Of a stretch of 64,000 nucleotides of DNA, positions 55,620 through 64,000 are shown piece by piece. Each line of letters starts with the position of its first letter. Positions within the stretch are counted from its first letter, which is position 1. The position numbers were made by a program, and so were the translations under genes. The stretch covers positions 66,960,001 through 67,024,000 of the forward strand of contig NC_043005.1 of assembly GCF_006345805.1 (NCBI RefSeq), in the 5' to 3' direction. This stretch comes from Octopus sinensis (Eukaryota). The notes under the pieces are model-generated. The model ran no database searches and was not told the DNA's origin. It was given only the letters and a program-made list of their open reading frames with translations.

Positions 55620-56130
55620 CAGGCAGCTTGAATGTTGTATGGGCTCTTCTTTGACCTGTTAGAAATGTGGCTGTAATTCCAGAGGATGCAGCTGCCAGAG
55701 CAATCTTCTTCTGTCTCACCTTGGCTAGAGGAGGTTGATAATTAATGCCTTTCCTGTAACTTCAGGAGCATCTAAGAAGAAGACCCTACAAGTGTTATTG
55801 TCCACAGATGTAAGAACTTGCCAGTATACCTCCTTTTCGTCCTGTACCAAAATTGGTTCCTTCTCATTGACAACTGCTTTCAAACTCTCCATGTGTGATA
55901 TTTCCCTGCTTATCTCTTGTGCTAATCTATGTCAGGAACGGAAGACCACAGATTTCAAGTTTCTTTCCACCCAGTGATTGAAACTTGTCGTCTATTAATC
56001 TTAATGCCTCACTGAAGATATCATCACTGAAAGTATCATCACCGTCACACTGATACTGAATTCTTTGAAGAATGTCCTCAGAAAGACCCTCCTTTTTCGT
56101 ACCAGAATTGATTTCGATTTGACAATCCAC
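55620..56130 (-). mobile_element. Helitron-type PIF1 helicase fragment
   Basis: VFFLDAPEVTGKALIINLL(fs)AKVRQKKIALAAASSGITATFLTGQRRAHTTFKLP matches the Helitron/PIF1 Walker A (FLDAPGGTGKT) and IALAVASSGIAATLL..GRTAH motifs. Confidence 0.85.
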
Positions 56131-56134
56131 CAAA

Positions 56135-56434
56135 ATCTTCACGAGTTCTTTTCTTATCAGAAGGATAAGAATGAGTTTTTCTAGCTGCTACACGTTCGGA
56201 ATAACCGTTAGACCCATCTAACTCTTTCCGAATATTCTGCACTGTCCTTAGATTGACACTCAAACACTCTGAATTGTTCGTATTTGGGCTTCCGGCGCGA
56301 ATGCCAAGCAGTACAGCTTGTCGATTCTAAACTTCTGGTAGAGGGAATTGCGTCATTGTGCTATTTTTCTCAAAGGCCGAGACTATCTGACCGTACTATT
56401 CTATATGGCGACAATTTACCCATAGCACCCTGTA
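56135..56434 (-). mobile_element. 5' part of a Tc1/mariner-superfamily (maT-like) transposon
   Basis: Minus strand begins TA-CAGGGTG (TIR-like), then MTQFPLPEV*NRQAVLLGIR...LSVNLRTVQNIRKELD...ARKTH (HTH N-terminus). Confidence 0.65.
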
Positions 56435-56974
56435 TGTATGTATATGTATATATGTGTGTGTGTGTGTATTGTGCGTGTGTGTGTGTATTGTGCGTGTGTA
56501 TGTGTAGAGCAAACAAGTAACAAGGCTGTATCAGTGCATTACGTTCATTTCAAACGGTTCCATTTAATCGAACAATGCAAACATTAAATTAATTTGAAAG
56601 AAACCGCTCTACTCAGGCGTATACATCATAGAGTTTCTGCAACAATAATAGTAAAAACAAGCAATGTAATTATTTTAGTCTCTAGTACTGAGGAAAAATT
56701 TACTAAAAAATTATAATGGAGTATCCTGTATGTGGGAAATCTATATGGTTGTATGAACCCGATGAGAGCAGTTTAATTCAAATTGATGTAATGTTTATAT
56801 TGATCGATTAAATGGAGCCGCTTGAAATGGCTGTAATATATTGATACTCGGACATCTTTGTTACTTATTTAGTTTTTGTTCACCTAACTTCGTGTTGTGC
56901 GGATAAAATCGCACTCAGTTGGTGCCTCAACTTAAGTACTTAATTCAACTGAATTTTACTTATATATGTATATA

Positions 56975-56977
<3 letters not shown>

Positions 56978-57055
<78 letters not shown>

Positions 57056-57072
57056 TGGTATATATATATATA
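56978..57072. repeat. (TA)n microsatellite
   Basis: Direct reading. Confidence 0.97.
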
Positions 57073-57152
57073 TTCATGAGAATAGGACGTTTTTACACGT
57101 GAATTCGAATGATGTGGCAGGGATGACATATGCTGGTTGTCTTTCCATCCAG

Positions 57153-57391
57153 AAATACCTCAAACCGAATTGTGAGTGCTGTCTGATGATTGTGACTACT
57201 TTAACGAATATAACCCTATGCCTCAATGTGGTAGTGAATGTTGTACTGTGTAATTTTGTGGACGTTTGACTTTCACAAGCGTTCACAAAATAGTAACGCT
57301 AGTAAGTCAATTAGTCAGTTAAGTGCTCCTTCACTGTCTCTCTCCTCTTTTGCAGTTTTTGTATGAATAAATTTCCTGATGAACTACCAAG
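57153..57391 (+). other. Candidate micro-exon pair (57153-57171, 19 nt; 57356-57391, 36 nt)
   Basis: tgtctttccatccAG|19 nt|GTGAGT and ctgtctctctcctcttttgcAG|36 nt|GTAATT; phases join to an open frame EIPQTEFFCMNKFPDELP. Confidence 0.3.
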
Positions 57392-59037
57392 GTAATTCAA
57401 TCAATTTTACATATCCTTTTTTTAAACATGTAACTTCTTAGCAATTTATGAATGATTAATTTTGAAAAATAGAACTTAATGTCGCTACTCCACCAGAATT
57501 GAAAACGCAATATCTACGGCATTTTTAGCGCATTAAATTAGGAATATGAACGAAACATTCATTAGAATTCAGCTATTTGTACACCTCTAGTGTTCCCGCT
57601 GTACCTAAACTCCAGCTATGGTTGTTTCAACATACCCAACTAAAAACAAAAACATTGGTTCCGAAGTAAATTAATATATAAACACCACTGATCAGACACA
57701 GTATAGTGTAACGAAGTGTTTATTCTGGTAACCTCTAGGGCCTAACTGTTTTGCCTCACTATTTTATTGGTGAGGATAAACAAGATGATTTACCTATGGG
57801 TTACACACAACGAAAAGTTTACGTCTCTGATATCTCAATATAGTTCAATTCAATGGGAGTTCACGATGCTTCTCCTAATTCTGATCTATGAAGCCTGTGT
57901 ACTGGAATATTTTAAAAGAAGTACAATAACTACATTTGAGAAAGCTTTCCGTAACTGATTATTGTATTAAAATTAAGCTAAATGGTACAGTTTAACACCA
58001 AATATTTTAAGGAAAGTTAGAATTAAATATAGCCAAAATAAATATTACTAGAATAGCAACAGAAATAGGTAATCTGAATATATTTTTATTTTCACAACTT
58101 TAGAAATACGGATTCTGCATTGGTGAGTAAATTTTGGCACGCTTCTTTCAATTTGGCAACTAGAATAGGAATCTCATTCAACACTGCCGATGCTTGTCTA
58201 TTCCAAGAAATCATCTTCAGCATGGCTATTGTCTTCAGTTTCATAATTATCACAGCATAGAAATTGATACTGTGATGATGTTTCTGAAGCTCCTACAAAC
58301 CTTCGTTTCCTTATTTTATATGCCCCTCAATAATGTATTTGATTAGCAATTTGTGCCATAGTTTTTATTTTCTTCCCAAAGTGGCTCTGAGTTGATATTG
58401 TTTCACTTCTACACTAATACGTTCCAAAGTTTTCGCTTCTTGGATTTCTCGAATATTCGCGTATTCTTCTCTTGCATTTCGCTTTCCTACATCTCTTTCC
58501 GTTTCCGTCCTGGTAGCATTTGCTATACTGCATTTTGTATCCAATAGTACTTAAATACCTATAGTTTATGGGTACAGAAAACAGAAAGGTATCGCGATTT
58601 TCACTGCAATTTATAATAATGGCTTATTATAACACTTAGTGTATTGTTGGTTCTAATAATATTGTCTATGTCGTTATTTTGATACATGTATAGATGCATT
58701 GATAAAAAATATTCTAGATATAGAAACAATAGCACTCAGGAAAATTAATAAAATTTAGATAGGAGAAAAGTCACATACAAAAAGGTAAACTTTATTCAAC
58801 ATTGTTATAATATCTCACGTTGTATATGAATTCAGGAAAAGACAAATAAAAAGCAAGTATTAGTCACTTAATTCCATTGAATTGTGTATTTCAATGTATT
58901 TCATAACATTTTTATAAGAGACTTATCTCATTCAACCAATGTATACATTTCATTGTGACAAAATATCAAGGGCGGTTAAAGTTCTAAATTATACTGTATG
59001 GTTCAATCTAAGAAGCAGATATTGTTATTTTATCACA

Positions 59038-59095
<58 letters not shown>

Positions 59096-59149
59096 TATAT
59101 TAATAAATAAAACATATGCATATATATATACATATATGTATATATACAC

Positions 59150-59560
59150 GCATATATGAGTACATGACACCAAAAAACGTCAAACACAATGAGAAACGAA
59201 AACATAGATACAAACCCAAGGAACTGGACATTTTTCTTAAACAACAAAAAAATAGAGTACAGGACAAATAACACAAGGAAAAAACTCTTCTTCAGTCGCC
59301 ATGGTTTCATCTACTCTACGTTTCGAAGGTGAAGGCGAGACGTATATTCGATAGAAACTTTCCTTCCTGCGAAAAGCAAATCAAATAAAATTTGAGATGT
59401 TTTTGCAGAGGGGTAAAAATGGTAACAAAAACAGAACAGTAACGACAGTTCTTATATAAGCAGTAAAAGACAGGACAAGGAAAATAACAAGACAAGAAGG
59501 GCTGTTAAGCCGAACGAAAAAAAGTATTACGAACGCTATTTCTGTGGACGGCGAAGGGGG
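59150..59560. repeat. Probable dispersed non-coding repeat between (TA)n tracts
   Basis: Flanked by TA microsatellites; carries a tacgtttcga motif like the 23325 element and a cttcag/cttcatca motif like 10750; family not verified. Confidence 0.35.
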
Positions 59561-59881
59561 CATGTATGTATATATATATATATATATACATGCATACATA
59601 CATCATATATATATATATGTATTATATATATATATATATGCATACATATAACATATATATATATATATATTGTGTATATATATATATATATATACACACA
59701 CACCCACCCCAAGTAAGTTAGGGGTTATGGATCCAACCCACTAATAGATAATATTTATCCAATATACTGTTGGTATAATACCCAAATTCTTAATACACAA
59801 GTGTTTTTAATTGCAATGCAATCAACTTATTAATTGTATTAATTGAGTGAAGGTAAAGAAATGTTTTACCGTTCGTTAATT

Positions 59882-60139
59882 TATAATACAAATAAGAAAA
59901 TGGAGAAACAATTTAGTTGGTTCATTAGGTTTCGGATATTAGCATGTCGACTTATTTATTCATTTAACAAAAACGAAAACCTTAATAACATACATATATA
60001 CATACATGATGATTAGTATGAATATATTTATGTTATTAAAGTTCTCGTTTTTGTTAAATGAATAAATAAGTCAACATTCTACTATCCGAAAGCTGATGAA
60101 CCAACTAAATTGTTTCTCCAGTTTCTTATTTGTATTATA
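59882..60139. mobile_element. 258-bp fold-back (111-bp arms, about 93% complementary), MITE-like
   Basis: 59882-59992 is the reverse complement of 60029-60139 with 8 mismatches by manual alignment; TA at both ends. Confidence 0.85.
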
Positions 60140-60470
60140 TATCTATATATATCAAATAGCAGAAGTAATTTCAAAGCGACAAAAATCGTAATAAAAGTTG
60201 ACAGTGTATGCTATTTCTTTCACATGGCCTTGTGCCAAAATTTGGAAAAAGTATAATTAGTTTGAGCTGAACAAAGAATGGATTAGATTTAGGCCATAAG
60301 ACTCATTGTATAAAAGGAGAAAAAGTCCAGGACAAACTCGGTAGTAAAACAAGAGTAGGAAGGGGATAAACATAAGTGAGCCTGGGAAAAACATAGGTAC
60401 ATACATACATACACACACGCACGCACGCACACACACACACATACACACACACACATATAGATACATAATG

Positions 60471-60669
60471 AAATAAGATATCATTATTATTAAATGCAAT
60501 AATAAAAATAAAGTGGCCAACAAGCTTAACCAAAATAATAAGCATAAAAATTAGGGTACGCTTGTACGCTTTGTACCCTAAATTTGTAATGTATATTTTA
60601 ACTATTTCGGTTAAGCTTGCTGGTCAATTTATTTTTATTATTGCATTTAATAATAATGATATCTTATTT
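60471..60669. repeat. ~200-bp fold-back
   Basis: Outer 42 bp perfectly inverted (aaataagatatcattattattaaatgcaataataaaaataaa), next 25 bp with about 5 mismatches, inner ttagggtac/gtaccctaa closing a 13-nt loop. Confidence 0.85.
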
Positions 60670-61099
60670 AAATTTTTAACTTAATCACTACTGTTCGCTT
60701 TTGAACGTCGCGGGCATGTTCAAGTGAACACACGTGCGCGGTGTAGTTATTATATTTGGAAAAAATAGTTGTATACAGTAAGCTCATTGAAGCTCCTAAG
60801 TACTGGTTACCAAAAAAAAAAAAGGTGAAATCAGATGATACTGAGTTGTCTGCACTTTTCTTTGTAGTTTGCAAAGGTAAGGACTATTTTTATTATATTC
60901 ACTACATTGAACGTGCATGCTTACTTATAATGGAATATGTGGATTTGGAGAGTTGACTCTACTTTCTAGCATACCTAGCATATTTTGTACCATAATTTAT
61001 ACATACATATAACAAGCCATCGGAAATAATGTGATATATATGTGTGTGTGAGCGCGGGCGCATGTGCGTTGTTAGTGTGTGTGTAATATGTAGGTATAT

Positions 61100-61150
<51 letters not shown>

Positions 61151-61161
61151 ATATAGATAGA

Positions 61162-61193
<32 letters not shown>

Positions 61194-61294
61194 GAGACAG
61201 ACATATATACATACATATATGTATGTGCATAAATATAAATATATTCATATATATATGCAACTATGTATGTAAAGAAACCTATACGCATGCATAG

Positions 61295-61437
61295 TACATA
61301 CATATATGCATACATACATACATACATACATACATACATACATACATACATACATACATACACGCATGCATACATACATACATACATGCATGAATACATA
61401 CATACATACATACATACATACATACATACATACTTAC
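61295..61437. repeat. (TACA)n microsatellite
   Basis: Direct reading. Confidence 0.97.
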
Positions 61438-61645
61438 ATGTGTGTCTGCAAAAGTTAGAATAATTTAGACCTAATTGTGTGTATATTGTAAATTGTTCGA
61501 ATTTTTATCAATTAATTTACTGACATTGGGCTTATGACATAATAAAATATCCATGTATGGGTTTCTTTCTCGTCCTCTGGAAATAGTACACATAATATTT
61601 CAAATGTATTTTTATTTCAATCGGTGTTTATATATTTGCTTTTAG

Positions 61646-61825
61646 GTAAATCCTGGCCGCTTGTCAGAGATTGTGGTACAAATACGCCAACCTCTACTAT
61701 TTCTGCTAACAACATAAGAAGCTCTGCTATAAACAGAAATAATCGATCAATATATTTCGAGACACTATTAGAACGAGAGTCTGAACTGGACTATAAATTC
61801 AGCGGACACAGCGCTTTATACGCAG
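61646..61825 (+). CDS. Candidate 180-nt symmetric phase-1 coding exon, product unknown
   Basis: atttgcttttAG|GKSWPLVRDCGTNTPTS...YKFSGHSALYA|GTAGTG; open for 60 codons in AT-rich DNA; no family recognised. Confidence 0.22.
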
Positions 61826-62157
61826 GTAGTGAAGTCTTAATTCTCAGCAGCGGTTTCCCTCTTATATCTGATTACATTCTAACATTCATCTACTTTTTGT
61901 TTCTCGTTTTTTTTCTCTTCCTTTCTCATGAATGATTCTTTCCTTCAGCATTTATCTGGGCTGGAGAGACTGAATTCCCATTGAATAGATTCACATCGTC
62001 TTCATAAAACATTTGCTCTCTGATTGATTGATATTGTCATTTATTTATTCATGTATGCAGTAAATAAATTTCAGTCGCTTTGTGCATATTTGTGTCGTAG
62101 AAGGAAACAATTTAAGTACAAACACAGACCTAGTTATTTGCTTATTTATTTAATCAT

Positions 62158-62345
<188 letters not shown>

Positions 62346-64000
62346 AGGAATGCATGTCTGCCTCTCTATATACATCTGTATAGGTATATACGCTTATATA
62401 TATATATATATACATTTGTGATTGGATGCGCAAAGATGTGCACGTCCGTGCATACGCACCACACAAATACATATATCTTTACGCATTCGTATACGTGTAT
62501 ACATATATACACCATATACATTGATAGAATAGTTACTGTACTACGTCTGTGGAATAGTTAATCGTCGCTGAATAGATTTCTTATTACATGTATGCCATAA
62601 ACATGGAGACTGAATGTGAGGCTAAAGAATACAAATGTTATTTGGATTGATGCAGTGTTTATTCCTTTTAAATTCTGTAAACTTTGTGTGCTACGGAGAC
62701 AGTACTTTGTTTTATTATAGGTATTTATTACTACAATAACATATATTACTACAATAACATTTTAGTTGTGTGTCTATGTCTCTCTCGGGCTGACCATGAA
62801 CTTCAAAAATAATTTGACCTGACAGTTCATCGTAATGTGTGTGTTTGTGCGTGTCTATGTGTCTCTGTGTCTTTGTTTGTATGCAGTATATACTTATGTG
62901 TTGGAATATTTACTTTGACGCTTTCTTTTCGAGATCAATACATGCACCTTCCATTATTTATCTTGCAGTGTATATGTGTGTAAGGTAAATGGTGTTGCGG
63001 GACAATTTGTTTTCTTTCTTGAAATGATATATATTCTATAAATACAGAAAATCATTCATCTTCTCTACACGACGTTTTTTTTCTTTCGTTGAAGACAATT
63101 TCTTTTCGGTGAAAGCTATTTTTCTTGATCAAGTAAGCATTTTCTTTATTACTGTATCCATATCAGCATGAAAGTAGATACGGTAGACAAATTTGTTTCA
63201 ACTAAGAGCAAGCTGTTAACTAATATAAGTCATCTCTACTATACAATATAGTATCTATTCAAAATACTTTTTTTCTTTTTCTATTCATTTGCATTAAGGA
63301 TATAGCAGGACTATTGGAAAGTAAAACAGCTGGAGACAGACAAAAACGCTATCGATAAAAGAGAAAAGCGGACACAGCGAGACAATATAAAAAATAGAGA
63401 AGTATAATCGATAGCAAGTCGAGAATCCCAACGTGACCGAAATTAATTGATGCGCAGTGATGAAGATACTCTGGCATAGATATAACAGGCAACAGCACTC
63501 TTTGCCATTCATTATGGTATACGTCTACACATATTACAAAGAAAGTAGCGTAAGTGGTATATTGCAATCGTCAAGAAATGCGAGCGATGAAATGTATAGT
63601 ATGTTTACTTCAGTAGCACGGAAAACATATTCCCTTTCATGTTATCATATGTTAATGAAGATGTATTAGAAGAACTGGACAGTTATTCTGTTGATAATTT
63701 CCTGGAAGTAAACATATATCAGATGCATCAGCAGTCGTACGAATGTAATTTATCATCAGTGCCAAGCGAATCAGTGAATTGAGAAGCTAAAGTTCATCAA
63801 CCACAAATTCCATCTAAATCGAAATGTTAGCCAGAATGATTGATTTGTTATTCACATCAACTCTGAAATTCGTCAAAACAGTCAATGTTAAAATACAGCA
63901 ATACACTTCGATTCAACTGGGCAAAGTATTATACGAAGCTAACATCAAACAGAATAGGTCCTAGCGATTTCATTCCTGACCCCAATCAAAATGTCTCACT

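Noticed and set aside
60087-60099. CGAAAG-CTGATGA as a hammerhead
   Set aside because: Core motifs are adjacent, leaving no room for stems I and III.

Overview
AT-rich, microsatellite-saturated eukaryotic DNA. The repeat repertoire (tRNA-SINEs with an internal microsatellite; dense (TA)n, (CA)n, (TACA)n, (CTAT)n and (AAT)n tracts) resembles octopus/cephalopod genomes. That assignment is from recall, not from a search. No intact host gene, rRNA, tRNA or CRISPR array is supported, and nearly all supplied ORFs are microsatellite or random translations. The recognisable coding remnants are all transposons: about 10 R4/Dong-like non-LTR fragments (nine on +, most beside (AAT)n tracts), an RTE LINE, two CR1-like LINE 3' ends, a young Tx1/L1 3' end with a 17-bp TSD, a near-full Tc1, two mariner-type fragments and a Helitron PIF1-helicase fragment. 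The most notable structure is: (i) a ~560-bp non-coding element found four times inside (AAT)n tracts; (ii) a 24-nt 3' tail shared by a SINE family and a CR1-like LINE; (iii) three long fold-back structures; (iv) a degenerate minimal hammerhead-like motif; (v) an exact 800-bp tandem duplication; (vi) several low-confidence exon candidates. I see no evidence for a wholly new biological system; the findings are candidates to test.
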